Assembly: GCA_963666115.2 (NCBI GenBank)
Contig: CAXXET010000006.1
Span: 1-64,000, forward strand
Reading direction: 5' to 3'
Origin: Dehalococcoidia bacterium
GTDB lineage: Bacteria; Chloroflexota; Dehalococcoidia; UBA6926
Length of the DNA: 64,000 nucleotides
The notes beneath the pieces were generated by a model. The model was not told the DNA's origin, did no database searches, and saw nothing but the letters and a program-made list of their open reading frames with translations. Positions 47,782-58,118 of this stretch are shown piece by piece; positions within the stretch are counted from its first letter, which is position 1; each line of letters starts with the position of its first letter. The position numbers were made by a program, and so were the translations under genes.

Positions 47782-48465
47782 ATGACCGCCCACAATCCCG
47801 CTCGCGCCAACTATGACGTTGTCATATTCGACCTTGACGGCACCCTGATCGATTCCCGCATCGGCATCCACTCCTCCGTGCTCCACGCGCTCATGGAGAT
47901 GGGCGTTCCCGCCGTTGACCAAGAGTTGCTCTCCCAATTCATTGGCCCGCCGCTGATCGACTCATTTCAATCGGTCTGTGGCATGAACAAACCCGATGCC
48001 GAGCGCGCCGTGGCCGTCTACAAAGACTACTTCGCCGTTGAGGGCATCAAGGGCTTCGAAGTCTACGAGGGCGTGCCTGAGATGCTATGGCTCCTGCGAG
48101 CCAGCGGTGTCACCATGGCCATCGCCACCACCAAGGACGAAGTCTTCGCCCGCGAAATCGCCCTCAACGCTGACTTCCTGCCCTTCCTGGAGGCCGTCAT
48201 CGGCAGTGACCCAGACGGCATCATGCTCCGCAAACCGGACCTAATCGCCGCCGCCCTCTCCGCCCTCGGCCTCCCCAATCCATCATCCTCCCGCATCGTC
48301 ATGGTCGGCGACCACGCCCTCGACATCCTCGGCGCAAAGGCCAACAACATAGCCTCAATAGCCGTCACCTACGGCTTCGGCAAGGATGAGGAATTATGGC
48401 AAGCAGAGCCTGACTACTTGGCGGACTCGGTAACCGAACTGAGAAACCTGCTGCTGGGTGTCTAG
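47782..48465 (+). CDS. HAD-family hydrolase (phosphoglycolate phosphatase/5'-nucleotidase-like)
   Basis: FDLDGTLIDS, FIGPPL, MVGDHALD. Confidence 0.9.
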   Translation: MTAHNPARANYDVVIFDLDGTLIDSRIGIHSSVLHALMEMGVPAVDQELLSQFIGPPLIDSFQSVCGMNKPDAERAVAVYKDYFAVEGIKGFEVYEGVPEMLWLLRASGVTMAIATTKDEVFAREIALNADFLPFLEAVIGSDPDGIMLRKPDLIAAALSALGLPNPSSSRIVMVGDHALDILGAKANNIASIAVTYGFGKDEELWQAEPDYLADSVTELRNLLLGV

Positions 48466-48478
48466 CAGCAGACAAAAG

Positions 48479-48838
48479 CTAAGCGTTCAGCAGCCCGCGC
48501 GGAACCAGTTTCTCGCCCAACGGGTCAACCATTAGCTCCATGCCTTCAAGCGCATATGCACCCAATAGTACCGGCCCATCGTCACTTCCAAATGCGACGA
48601 TGGTTGGCACGGAACGTCCGCCATTCAGCGAAACAAACGCGAATCCAATGGCCTTCTCTCCGGTGCGGCCGTCCGCGAAGACGAATCGTGTTTCTCCTAC
48701 GCGCCTCACGCCCAAGCCGTCGAGAACAGACGACGGCAGGATGCTGTAAAAGGCGCCGGTATCAACGAGCGCCTCTAGCTCGGCTTCATCCTGCCCTTCC
48801 AGGCTGGATACATGAATAGTCGTCTCAAAAGTACTCAT
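48479..48838 (-). CDS. Clan AA (retropepsin-like) aspartyl protease
   Basis: ALVDTGA, FADG, LLGAYALE; TAGAAT 6 nt before the ATG. Confidence 0.85.
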   Translation of the reverse strand: MSTFETTIHVSSLEGQDEAELEALVDTGAFYSILPSSVLDGLGVRRVGETRFVFADGRTGEKAIGFAFVSLNGGRSVPTIVAFGSDDGPVLLGAYALEGMELMVDPLGEKLVPRGLLNA

Positions 48839-48866
48839 ACGACAATTCTACACGCGGTTGCCCACC

Positions 48867-50252
48867 TCACGGAATGGACGGATCGTAGTCCATCCCGATG
48901 TGGCCCTTCTTGTCGAACTCCGTGTACTCCTCGTCCGTGTAGCCCAGCACCGACTTGTAGATGTACTCGTTGTCCTCACCCAAGCGTGGCGAGTGCCGGC
49001 GAGGTCCAACCCCCGGATTATTCATCGACTTGAACGGCGTCATCGGCGTCTTGTGCGTCCCCGCCTCAGGATGCGTCACCCGCGCGAAGAACCCCCGGTG
49101 CTCCAGGTGCCGATCCTCAATAGCGTCCCGCTCATTCATCACCGCTCCGGACGGCACTCCAACTAGCTGAAGCTGATCCATGACCCATGAGGCATGCTTG
49201 TCCGCCGTCCACGCCCCGATGATGGCGTCCAGTTCCGCCCGGTTCTTGTAGCGTGATTCGTTGTCCGTGAAGCGCGGGTCGTCCGCAAGCTCGGGCTGGC
49301 GCATCCTGGCGCACAACGCGCGCCACTGCTCCTCGTTCCGGCATGCAATCGTCACCCACTGATCCTCGCCCTGCGTCCGATACACGTTGTGCGGCGCAAG
49401 ATAAAAATGGTTATTCCCCATCTGTGTCCACACCCGCCCGTTCATGCTGTAGTCCATGATGAAATCGCCCAGCAGCGGCACGAAGTTCTCTGCCGTCGGC
49501 GCCTCGATCAGCAGCCCCTTGCCGGTGCGCCTGAGGTATCGCTTGCCCATCAGGAACGCGAGTGTTGCCCCTATCCCGCTTGCCGCGTCCGACGGCACGC
49601 CCGCCGGCGCGTATTCCGGCGACAAGTCGGGATACGTGCGAATCAGCGGATGCCCTGAGATGGCCTCCATGTGGTTGCCCCACGTGCGGTAGCCCTTGTA
49701 CGGCCCGTCCAGCCCGAACGCTGGCATCCGTATCATGATCAGCTTCGGGTTGATCTTCGAGAGCCGCTCCCACGTGATGCCCTGCCGTTCCATGCTCTGC
49801 GGCAGATTGTTCTCAACCAGCCCGTCCGAAACGGCCACCAGCCGCTCCAGCGCCTCCTGCCCCTCCTCCGTCCGCAGATTCACCGTCATCGATAGCTTGT
49901 TGCGGCCATGCGCGTTGAAAACGGCGCTCCGGTTCCACGGCCGCTCTCCCGGCTCGCTGTCCGGCATTCCCATTCCCATGCCCGTCTGTGCCTGGACCGT
50001 GGCCAACGCCGGGCGCGCCAGCATCCCCCTCGTCGTAGACGCGAAATGCGTCGTCGACTCGACCCGTATGATCTCCGCGCCCCAGTCCGCCAACTGCATC
50101 GTCCCATACGGACCGGCGAACACAACCGTAAAGTCGATGATCCGCAGCCCCGCCAGCGGCAGGTCAGGATCAGGCCGCGTCGGGTTCCCCGGATTCGGCG
50201 CCCCTAGACGATTCACGCTTGAGTCATCCGCTGTCATGGCTGTCTGCTCCAT
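48867..50252 (-). CDS. Family III CoA-transferase (CaiB/BaiF), catalytic-Asp subunit
   Basis: AGPYGTMQLADWGAEIIRVE, RNKLS, PSDAASG, PRLGEDN. Confidence 0.9.
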   Translation of the reverse strand: MEQTAMTADDSSVNRLGAPNPGNPTRPDPDLPLAGLRIIDFTVVFAGPYGTMQLADWGAEIIRVESTTHFASTTRGMLARPALATVQAQTGMGMGMPDSEPGERPWNRSAVFNAHGRNKLSMTVNLRTEEGQEALERLVAVSDGLVENNLPQSMERQGITWERLSKINPKLIMIRMPAFGLDGPYKGYRTWGNHMEAISGHPLIRTYPDLSPEYAPAGVPSDAASGIGATLAFLMGKRYLRRTGKGLLIEAPTAENFVPLLGDFIMDYSMNGRVWTQMGNNHFYLAPHNVYRTQGEDQWVTIACRNEEQWRALCARMRQPELADDPRFTDNESRYKNRAELDAIIGAWTADKHASWVMDQLQLVGVPSGAVMNERDAIEDRHLEHRGFFARVTHPEAGTHKTPMTPFKSMNNPGVGPRRHSPRLGEDNEYIYKSVLGYTDEEYTEFDKKGHIGMDYDPSIP

Positions 50253-50254
50253 TC

Positions 50255-51487
50255 CTAAACGACGCCGTCCGATCGAAGGCCCGCGATGTCATCCGCGCTC
50301 AACCCAAGCTCTCCCAACACCTCGTCCGTATGCTCGCCGAGCAGGGGAGGACGCCGCCGTTTCGGAAAGTCCGTGCCCTCGCGGTGCATCCTGTTGTGGT
50401 AGCCCGGGTACTTGATCGGCCCCGTTGTCGGGTGGTCGATCTCCTGGAAATAGTTGCGGGCGACGAACTGCGGATTGTTAATGAGGTCTTCGATCGTGTT
50501 AAGAGGCCCGCCCAGCACCGCGAACTCCTCGCATGCCGCCCGCACCTCTTCCTTGCTCCGTTCCAGCGTCCACGGGATGATGTGCGCCAAAAACTCGTCG
50601 ATGCGGTCCGGATTCGCGCGCCCCTCCGGCGTCCCCCACTCCGGCTGCTCCAGCAACTCCTCCATGCCGATCATCCGGATGATGTTGGGGATGAACCGCG
50701 GCCCGCCCGTCATCAGGAAATAGCCGTCCGAGCATGGATGCACGCCGCCGCCCACTGCCACCGCGCGTCCCGGCCGCGTCCCAAGATGCCCCGTGTATTG
50801 GTAGCCCATCAGCCGCCCGAGTCGCATATCGATGGAGTGCATGGCCGCCTCAAAGATGCTCACGTCCATGTAGTCGCCGTCCGCGTCGCGGAACTCCACC
50901 TGGAACAGACCCAATGCCGATGCCAGCGCGGCGGCGTATCCCGCGTGGTAGCTGACCATGCGCCCCGCCGTCTTGAGCGGCTCGTTATCCACGTCGCCGG
51001 AGCTGATCATGCTCCCGCCCATCGCGTAGAGGTTCAGTTCGATGCCGATATAGTCCCTGTACGGCCCGTCCTGCCCGTAGTTGGAGATGGACGTCATCAC
51101 CAGCTTGGGATTGATCTTCTTGAGGTCCTCATAGCCCAGCCCAAGAGCCTCCATCGTGCCCGGCGAAAAACTCTCCACCACAATCTGCGCGCCCTTAACA
51201 AGCTCCTTGACGATCTCCTGCCCGCGCTCCGACTTGAGATCGAGGGTGATGGACCGCTTATTGGTGTTCAGGAACATGAACAGCCCGCTGCGCTCCAACC
51301 CCGGCTCGTCCTTGTAGAACGGCGGCATGGAGCGCGTGGGATCGCCCGTCCCCGGCCGCTCGATCTTGATGACGTCCGCGCCGTAATCGCCAAGGATGCG
51401 TGTCCCGAACGGGCCGGATGTCATATGGGTCAGGTCGATGACCCGCACGTCGTCCAGCGGCATGATCGAGGTCGGTTCCAGTGTCAT
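50255..51487 (-). CDS. Family III CoA-transferase, partner subunit
   Basis: GPFGTRILGDYGADVIKIE, NKRSITLDLK, PLLGEHT; VSYHAG at the usual Asp position. Confidence 0.9.
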   Translation of the reverse strand: MTLEPTSIMPLDDVRVIDLTHMTSGPFGTRILGDYGADVIKIERPGTGDPTRSMPPFYKDEPGLERSGLFMFLNTNKRSITLDLKSERGQEIVKELVKGAQIVVESFSPGTMEALGLGYEDLKKINPKLVMTSISNYGQDGPYRDYIGIELNLYAMGGSMISSGDVDNEPLKTAGRMVSYHAGYAAALASALGLFQVEFRDADGDYMDVSIFEAAMHSIDMRLGRLMGYQYTGHLGTRPGRAVAVGGGVHPCSDGYFLMTGGPRFIPNIIRMIGMEELLEQPEWGTPEGRANPDRIDEFLAHIIPWTLERSKEEVRAACEEFAVLGGPLNTIEDLINNPQFVARNYFQEIDHPTTGPIKYPGYHNRMHREGTDFPKRRRPPLLGEHTDEVLGELGLSADDIAGLRSDGVV

Positions 51488-51523
51488 CGGCGCACTCCCC
51501 CAGTTCGAATCGCCCTGTACGGC

Positions 51524-52843
51524 CTAGTCCGCCGGGTCAAGGTCGTAATCCATTCCGATGTGGCCGGCGGCCTCATACTCCGCGTACTCGGCGTCAGAGA
51601 AACCGAGCAGCTCCTTGTACACGTACTCGTTGTCCTCGCCCATGCGCGGCGGCCCCCACCGGTGGCGCCGTGGCGTGTTCTTCGCAGTCCACAGCGTGCC
51701 CGTGTACAGGTGCGTCCCCACTTCCTCAGCCGTCAACTCCTCCCAGAAGCCGATGGCATCCATGTGCGGGTCCGCGTACGCGTCTGACTCCGCCATCACC
51801 GTCCCCGCGGCGATGCCGTGCTGCTGCAGGATGTTCATCGCCTCGATGGCGTCCTGCGTCACCGTCCACGTCATCAGTTCCGCGTCAAGCTCATCATGGT
51901 GCTGCTGCCGGCCCGCAACCGTCGCGAAGCGGTCATCGGACGCCAGGTCGGGCCGTTGCATCACCGTTCCGGCCAGCGCCCGCCATGCTTCGTCCGACTG
52001 CACGCTGATGGCGATCCAACGGTCGTCCCCCATGCACGGATACGCGCCCTGAGGGGCGTACTGCGGGTCTCGATTCCCCTGGTGTTCCGTGCGGAGGCCG
52101 TTCATGGAGTAGTCCATGAACTGGTCGCCGAGGTACGTCATGAAGTTTTCGGCAGTCGAGAGTTCGATGAACAGCCCCTCGCCCGTCTTCTCGCGGTGCC
52201 GCAGACCCGCGGAGAACGCCAGTGCCCCCGCCGCGCCTCCCGCCGCGTCCGCAGTCAGCGTATTGCCGGTCATATCAGGACTCTCGCCACGGTATCCCAT
52301 GAACGAGTAGTGGCCGACGACCGCCGCCATGTGGCTGCCGAACGTCCGGTAGTTCTTGTACGGGCCGTCGATGCCGAAAGCCGGCTGCCGGATCATGATG
52401 GCGCGCGGGTTCACCTCATGCACGCGCTCCCACGTGACGTTCACGCGCTCCATGCTGATGGGCACATTGTTTTCCATGACCCCGTCGGATATCCGCAGCA
52501 GGCGGTCGAAAACTTCCTGCCCCTCAGGACGCCGCAGATCCACGGTCATGCTCCGCTTGTTGCGCGCGTGCGCGTTGAACGATGCCCAGCGATTCCACGG
52601 CCTCTCACCGGGCTCATTGTCCGGGAACTGCGCGGACCCGCCCCCCAGGCTCGGCATTGCCCTGTCCGGGTAGGGCATCATGCCGCGCGTCGTTGGTGGG
52701 AAATGCTTGATGGATTCGATGCGAATGATCTCCGCGCCCCAGTCCGCCAGCAGCTGCGTGCCGTACGGCCCCGCCCACACGACGGTGATGTCCAGTATGC
52801 GCACGCCCTCCAGGGGCAGCCGGCGTGATCCGGTGCTTACCAT
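51524..52843 (-). CDS. Family III CoA-transferase, catalytic-Asp subunit
   Basis: AGPYGTQLLADWGAEIIRIE, TADAAGG, PRMGEDN. Confidence 0.9.
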   Translation of the reverse strand: MVSTGSRRLPLEGVRILDITVVWAGPYGTQLLADWGAEIIRIESIKHFPPTTRGMMPYPDRAMPSLGGGSAQFPDNEPGERPWNRWASFNAHARNKRSMTVDLRRPEGQEVFDRLLRISDGVMENNVPISMERVNVTWERVHEVNPRAIMIRQPAFGIDGPYKNYRTFGSHMAAVVGHYSFMGYRGESPDMTGNTLTADAAGGAAGALAFSAGLRHREKTGEGLFIELSTAENFMTYLGDQFMDYSMNGLRTEHQGNRDPQYAPQGAYPCMGDDRWIAISVQSDEAWRALAGTVMQRPDLASDDRFATVAGRQQHHDELDAELMTWTVTQDAIEAMNILQQHGIAAGTVMAESDAYADPHMDAIGFWEELTAEEVGTHLYTGTLWTAKNTPRRHRWGPPRMGEDNEYVYKELLGFSDAEYAEYEAAGHIGMDYDLDPAD

Positions 52844-52845
52844 TC

Positions 52846-54099
52846 CTACACCACCCCCTCCGCCCGCAGGCTCGCAATCTCTGCCTCGTCACGCCCCAAC
52901 ACGTCGCGCAGAATCTCATCCGTGTGCTCGCCCAGCAGGGGGGCGGGTTGTCGGGCGGGCAGCCCGCTGCCGTCCACGAAGTGCAGCTTCACGTGGTAGC
53001 CCGGATACGCAATCGGCCCCGTCGTCGGGTGATCGATCTCCTGGAAGAACTCCCGGTGCGTGAGATGATCATCGTTATACAGGTCGTCGAATGAATTGAT
53101 CGGCCCGCCGAGCACGCCGTACTGCTGGCACAGCTCGCGGATTTCCTTCTTCGTGCGCTCCAGCATCCACGGCACGATCACCGCCAGCGACTCATCGAGC
53201 CGCTCCGGGGCCGAGCGCGCAAGGGGCGTCGACCACTCCGGCGTCTCTAGCAGGTCGCCCATGCCTACCATCTGCATCATGCGCGGGAACATGGCCGGCC
53301 CCGCCGTCGTCATGAAATACCCGTCTTGGCAGATCCACGTGCCGGAACCGACCGCCGTCGCAGGCCACGGGCGCGTTGAGTTGCCCCCGCCGTACTGGTA
53401 GCCCATCAAATAGCTTTGGCGGCGGTCGATCGCCCCCATCCACACAGGAAACGCGCCAACGTCCAGGTGGTCCCCCTCGCCGGCCGCGTCCACGCCTACC
53501 AGGTGCATCGCGGTCGCCGCCGCCGCCATCGCGCCAACCTGGTACGCCACCACGTGGCCGCCGAATTGCAGGGGTTCCCGCTCCGGGTGGCCGGTATTGA
53601 TCATCGCCCCGCCCATCGCGTACGTCGTTATATCCGTTGCTTTCCAGTCGCGGTACGGCCCCGACTGTCCGAAATTGCTGATGGAGGTCATGATAAGGCG
53701 AGGATTGACCCCGCGCAGCGTCTCGTAGTCCAGCCCCAGCGACGGCATCACGCGCGGGCTGAAGCTCTCAACCAACACGTCCGCGCCCTTCACGAGATCG
53801 AGAACGATTTGCCGCCCGCGCTCCGATTTGAGATTCAGCGTCATGGAGCGTTTGCCCAGGTTGGCGTACATGAACAGCCCGCTGCGCTCCAGGCCGGGCT
53901 CGTCCTTATAGAACGGCGGCATATCCCGCGCCGGATCCCCGACCCCGGGCCGCTCGATCTTGATGACGTCCGCGCCGTAATCCGCGAGGCGCCGCGTTCC
54001 AAACGGCCCCGCCGCGTGCCACGTCAGATCGATGACGCGAAGGCCGGTCATCGGCAAAACGGCGGCGGAGCGCCGCTCAGTGTCCTGTTGGCTTGTCAT
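52846..54099 (-). CDS. Family III CoA-transferase, partner subunit
   Basis: GPFGTRRLADYGADVIKIE, VAYQVG, PLLGEHT. Confidence 0.9.
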   Translation of the reverse strand: MTSQQDTERRSAAVLPMTGLRVIDLTWHAAGPFGTRRLADYGADVIKIERPGVGDPARDMPPFYKDEPGLERSGLFMYANLGKRSMTLNLKSERGRQIVLDLVKGADVLVESFSPRVMPSLGLDYETLRGVNPRLIMTSISNFGQSGPYRDWKATDITTYAMGGAMINTGHPEREPLQFGGHVVAYQVGAMAAAATAMHLVGVDAAGEGDHLDVGAFPVWMGAIDRRQSYLMGYQYGGGNSTRPWPATAVGSGTWICQDGYFMTTAGPAMFPRMMQMVGMGDLLETPEWSTPLARSAPERLDESLAVIVPWMLERTKKEIRELCQQYGVLGGPINSFDDLYNDDHLTHREFFQEIDHPTTGPIAYPGYHVKLHFVDGSGLPARQPAPLLGEHTDEILRDVLGRDEAEIASLRAEGVV

Positions 54100-54187
54100 G
54101 GACTCGCCACCCATCCTCCCCCATGGATGCCGCATTATGGCATTTGCCGCCCCGCCGCGAAAGTCCGCCGCGCCGCCCTGGAACCGG

Positions 54188-54964
54188 CTACCGTTCCAAA
54201 TCCCACAGACCGCGCCCGCCCGCGTCCACGCCGCCATCCACGGAAAGAACCTGCCCCGTCACCCACGCCGACTCATCCGACGCAAAATACAGCGCCGCGT
54301 GAGCAACGTCTGACACGTGGCCACGCCGCGACAGCGCCTGTTCCGGCACGTCAATGCCGTCCGCGTCCGCTCCGAGCCGTGTTCGAATCAGTCCGGGCGC
54401 GACGACGTTCACGCGGATGTTGTCCTGCCACAACTCCCGTGCAAGGTTGCGCGCCAGCCCGATGACCCCCGCTTTCGCCGCCCCGTAGGCGACGTTGGAC
54501 CCGCGCTGCACGCTCTCGCTGGCGGTGATGAAGATGATCGACCCGCCGCCCTGCTGCTTCATGACCGGCTGGACGGCGCGGGCGAGGTTGGACGGGCCCT
54601 CCATGGTGTTGCCGATGGCCTGCCGCCAGAAGCTCGGCTCGACCTCGCTGAGCGTCACGGAGGGATCGAAGAAGCCGCCCCCGCCGCTGTAGAGCGCGTC
54701 CAGGCGCCCGCCCCCGGCGTCACGCGCCGCCAACACAATGCGTTCTGCGTCCGCCCCGTCGGCAACGTCGCCCTGGATTGCCCGCGCCGACTCGGCAGCG
54801 GTCGTGCCAAGACGTCGAATCACGCCCAGAGTCTCATCCAGGTGTTCGGTACGCCGCGCAACGATGACCACCGTCGCCCCCTCCTGCGCGCACAGCAGGG
54901 CAGTGGCCCGCCCCATCCCCGGCCCCGCCCCCGAAACCAACACCGTCTTCCCTTCAAGCCTCAT
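54188..54964 (-). CDS. SDR-family oxidoreductase
   Basis: SGAGPGMG, YGAAK, IRVNVVAPG, TGQVLSVDGG. Confidence 0.9.
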   Translation of the reverse strand: MRLEGKTVLVSGAGPGMGRATALLCAQEGATVVIVARRTEHLDETLGVIRRLGTTAAESARAIQGDVADGADAERIVLAARDAGGGRLDALYSGGGGFFDPSVTLSEVEPSFWRQAIGNTMEGPSNLARAVQPVMKQQGGGSIIFITASESVQRGSNVAYGAAKAGVIGLARNLARELWQDNIRVNVVAPGLIRTRLGADADGIDVPEQALSRRGHVSDVAHAALYFASDESAWVTGQVLSVDGGVDAGGRGLWDLER

Positions 54965-55059
54965 CCGAGTGTTCCCCCTTGTCCCCAGTACGTGCCGCGT
55001 AAACTCCACGCTATGGGTGGATTGTGTGGGAATGTGGTATGGGGCGGCAAGAGGCATAC

Positions 55060-56082
55060 CTACACGTGGTCGCGCACGAATCGCAGTATTCGTTCAATCC
55101 TGTCCACTTGATCCGGATCAAGGCCATCTGGATGGAAGTGCATAATTTCGTTGCGTCTCTCCCGGAGCCAGCCAAGCTGGCCGACAAACTCCTTGCGGTC
55201 GACAGATGGGAGTTCGAGCCTTTCCCAGTTCTTCGGATTTTCCAAAAGGCGCACATGCTCGCCAAACGTTAGGTCGGCTGGGCCGATGTGGTCTGCATCC
55301 TCCATGTCAGGCCGCATCGCATTGAGTTCGGATGGACTGAATTTGCCGTGTATGAGAGTGCGCAAACTGCGCTCTATCTCACCAACCATCATGTATGGCC
55401 GGGCAAGGCGGGAGTACTGTTGGGCAAAATCACCCGCCGTAACGATTCCTGTAATGGAGTGGTCGTCGCCCCCTCTGACGAGTACAAAACCATGTTCCTC
55501 TATCGGAGCCATGGCTGAAAACAGTGGAGCATTGATGAGCACCTCCGGCACTGCGCGAATTGTCGAATCCATCATCTGACTGGCCGGGGGGTTCTCGAGC
55601 CTCCGGGACAGGTTCTTTGCGATCGAACGCCACGTGATGACACCGTCTACGTTCCATTCATTTGGCATGACGGGCAGGTAATCAACCTTGGACATGCCAA
55701 TTTTGGTCATCACTTCCTCAAAGCTGGCTTCCGGTTTGACCGACTGAGGCTTCTGGTGCGCCGGCTCTATGACTGTGATTCGGATTGTCGGATCAAGCTG
55801 TGACGAGTTGTCGCCCACAACGCTCTCATCATCTTGGAAGAGAATGGTTATTTTGCCCCCGTACCATCCGACCTCATAGTCACCATCAATCCGAAGGCCA
55901 TTCTCGTCCAGGCATCGCCGAATCTGGGACAGTATGTATTCGCCCCTTCTCATGTAACCGAACCAACCCAGCAACTCCCCAACCGTGAGGGTCACTCTGC
56001 GGGGCAAAGCGCCCTTTTCGATGTCCGTGCGCATTTCCTCGCCTAACGTCTTGAGGCGGGCTGCGCCGTCAGAAATGTCCAT
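55060..56082 (-). CDS. CBS-pair protein with C-terminal HEPN-like domain
   Basis: CBS-like segments (YLPV..VDGVIT; GFVLV..ITGIVT) followed by EIERSLR..LTFGE..RNEIMH; AT-richer than neighbouring genes. Confidence 0.7.
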   Translation of the reverse strand: MDISDGAARLKTLGEEMRTDIEKGALPRRVTLTVGELLGWFGYMRRGEYILSQIRRCLDENGLRIDGDYEVGWYGGKITILFQDDESVVGDNSSQLDPTIRITVIEPAHQKPQSVKPEASFEEVMTKIGMSKVDYLPVMPNEWNVDGVITWRSIAKNLSRRLENPPASQMMDSTIRAVPEVLINAPLFSAMAPIEEHGFVLVRGGDDHSITGIVTAGDFAQQYSRLARPYMMVGEIERSLRTLIHGKFSPSELNAMRPDMEDADHIGPADLTFGEHVRLLENPKNWERLELPSVDRKEFVGQLGWLRERRNEIMHFHPDGLDPDQVDRIERILRFVRDHV

Positions 56083-56211
56083 ACCCCATCCTCCAGCAAA
56101 ATAGGATCCATATCCAGACTAACGACATTAAAGAGTACTCCATGTGCCGCGCCATGTCGCAAGGGTGGGGTACGCTCACGCCCCCGCCCCCATCCGTGCC
56201 ATAGTTAAACC

Positions 56212-57012
56212 ATGGACGAACTCCTCCTCGCCCTCATGCCCGTGCTCGGCTTTCTCGCCGGAACCGTCGGCGCGCTTATCGGCGCCGGCGGCGGATTCAT
56301 TGCCGTCCCCATCCTCCTCATCGTCCTGCCCGACGAGACCCCCGGCATCATCACCGGCATGTCCCAATCGATGGTGCTGATGACATCCCTCTCCTCCACC
56401 GTCGCCTATGTCCGCCAAAAGCGCATCGAGTACAGGTGGGCCGCCGTCATGGCCGTCACCGGCCTGTTCGGCATGGCCATCGGCGCATACATCGTGGAGC
56501 AGCTTGAGCGCGGCGCGTTCCAGACCGTGTTCGGCGTCGCCGCGCTCATCCTCATGACCTATCTGCTGATCAGGCCCATACGAGGCCGCGGCGCGGCGCG
56601 CACTCTTGAAGAGGCAGGGGAGGCTCGTGTCCCGCTAACCCGAAAACGAGCCGTCATGCTCGGCATCGTCGGCCTCGCGACGGGCACCATGGGCGGCCTG
56701 CTCGGCGTCGGCGGCGGCATCGCGATGGTGCCGATCGTCGTGCAGGCATTCGTCTTCCCCGCCCACCTGGCCACGGCAACCTCCCAGCTTGTCATCCTGA
56801 TCACCAGCCCCGCCGCCATCGCCGTCCACATTGCCGAGTCCCCGCTGCTGGACAAAATCCTGCCCATTGTCCTGCTCGGAATCGGCGCCATCATCGGCGC
56901 GCAAGTGGGCGCGCGCGTCTCCCGACGCATCTCCGCCCCATGGATCGTCCGCATCCTGGCAATCGGCCTTGGCATCGTCGGCATCCGCCTCATCCTCACC
57001 GGCCTCTCGTAG
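56212..57012 (+). CDS. Sulfite exporter TauE/SafE family
   Basis: GALIGAGGGFIAVP, GLLGVGGGIAMVP, ATATS, GAQVGAR. Confidence 0.9.
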   Translation: MDELLLALMPVLGFLAGTVGALIGAGGGFIAVPILLIVLPDETPGIITGMSQSMVLMTSLSSTVAYVRQKRIEYRWAAVMAVTGLFGMAIGAYIVEQLERGAFQTVFGVAALILMTYLLIRPIRGRGAARTLEEAGEARVPLTRKRAVMLGIVGLATGTMGGLLGVGGGIAMVPIVVQAFVFPAHLATATSQLVILITSPAAIAVHIAESPLLDKILPIVLLGIGAIIGAQVGARVSRRISAPWIVRILAIGLGIVGIRLILTGLS

Positions 57013-57070
57013 CCGCCCCACAAGGCGTACAATCAACCAAGACACGAACCAAATCCTGGGGGGTACACCA

Positions 57071-57934
57071 GTGGAACACCAATACATCACCGTCGAGCGC
57101 GACGATCTCGGCGTCGTCACAATCACCTTCAACGTGCCGGAGGCGCTGAATCCCTGGCTGATTCCGCTCATGGAGGAGATGACCGTCGAACTGGACTACA
57201 TCGCGGCCAATCCTGACGACCGCGTGGTCATCTTCACCGGCGCGGGGCGGTCATTCTCCGCCGGCGGCGACGTCGGCCCCATGGCGGGCGCGGGCGGCGA
57301 CCGCCCCATGCCGCACTTCATGAAGGAGAAGGGCGACCGGCAGCGCGGCGGCTGGAACGTGCCCACCATGTCCGCCGAGGAGCGCCTAAAGAACGAAACG
57401 CTCAACGGTCGCCGCATCCACATGCAGGTCTGGGAACTCGACAAGCCGACCATCGCCGCCGTCAACGGCGTCGCCGCGGGCGCGGGCTGCGATCTTGCCC
57501 TTGCCTGTGACATCCGACTCGCCAGCACGAACGCCCGCTTTATCGAGGTCTACGTCCGGCGAAGCCTTGTTCCCCTTGACGGCGGCGCATACTGGGCGCC
57601 CTATCTGCTGCCGCACGGCATCGCGATGGAGATGCTGCTCGCCGGTGAGGCGCTCAGCGCCGAGGACGCGCACCGGTTCGGCCTCGTCAACCGTGTCTAT
57701 GAGCCGGACGAGTTGATGCCCGCCGCGCAGGAGCTAGGCCGCAAGATGGCGCAGGGCCCCGCCGTCACGCAGCAGCTGGTCAAGCACATGGTGCGTGAAA
57801 TCCACACGAAGGGCTACGAGCAGCACTGGAAGTACATCGACGCCGCCCACCAGCACACCCGCGAAACCCACGACTACGACGAAGGCGTCCGCTCCTTCAT
57901 AGAAAAGCGCCCCTCAGAATTCAAGGGCTACTAA
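57071..57934 (+). CDS. Enoyl-CoA hydratase/isomerase family
   Basis: FSAGGDV, KPTIAAVNGVAAGAGCDLALACD, EGVRSFIEKR. Confidence 0.9.
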   Translation: MEHQYITVERDDLGVVTITFNVPEALNPWLIPLMEEMTVELDYIAANPDDRVVIFTGAGRSFSAGGDVGPMAGAGGDRPMPHFMKEKGDRQRGGWNVPTMSAEERLKNETLNGRRIHMQVWELDKPTIAAVNGVAAGAGCDLALACDIRLASTNARFIEVYVRRSLVPLDGGAYWAPYLLPHGIAMEMLLAGEALSAEDAHRFGLVNRVYEPDELMPAAQELGRKMAQGPAVTQQLVKHMVREIHTKGYEQHWKYIDAAHQHTRETHDYDEGVRSFIEKRPSEFKGY

Positions 57935-58064
57935 AATCCCCTCTCCCTCAGGGAGAGGGCTAGGGTGAGGGGGTCACCTGCTCACCCTGAGCGCATACCC
58001 CCGCTCACCCTGAGCCCGTCGAAGGGTGAGCCCCCCCTCCGTCATTCCCGTGCACGCGGGAATC
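57935..58064. repeat. REP-like cluster
   Basis: CCCTCTCCCTCAGGGAGAGGGCTAGGGTGAGGGG, CACCCTGAGCCCGTCGAAGGG, GTCATTCCCGTGCACGCGGGAATC. Confidence 0.8.
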
Positions 58065-58118
58065 CATGACGCAATGCGCCAACCAGACGCCGTGACGCCG
58101 CGCAAGTCGCGGGCATAG

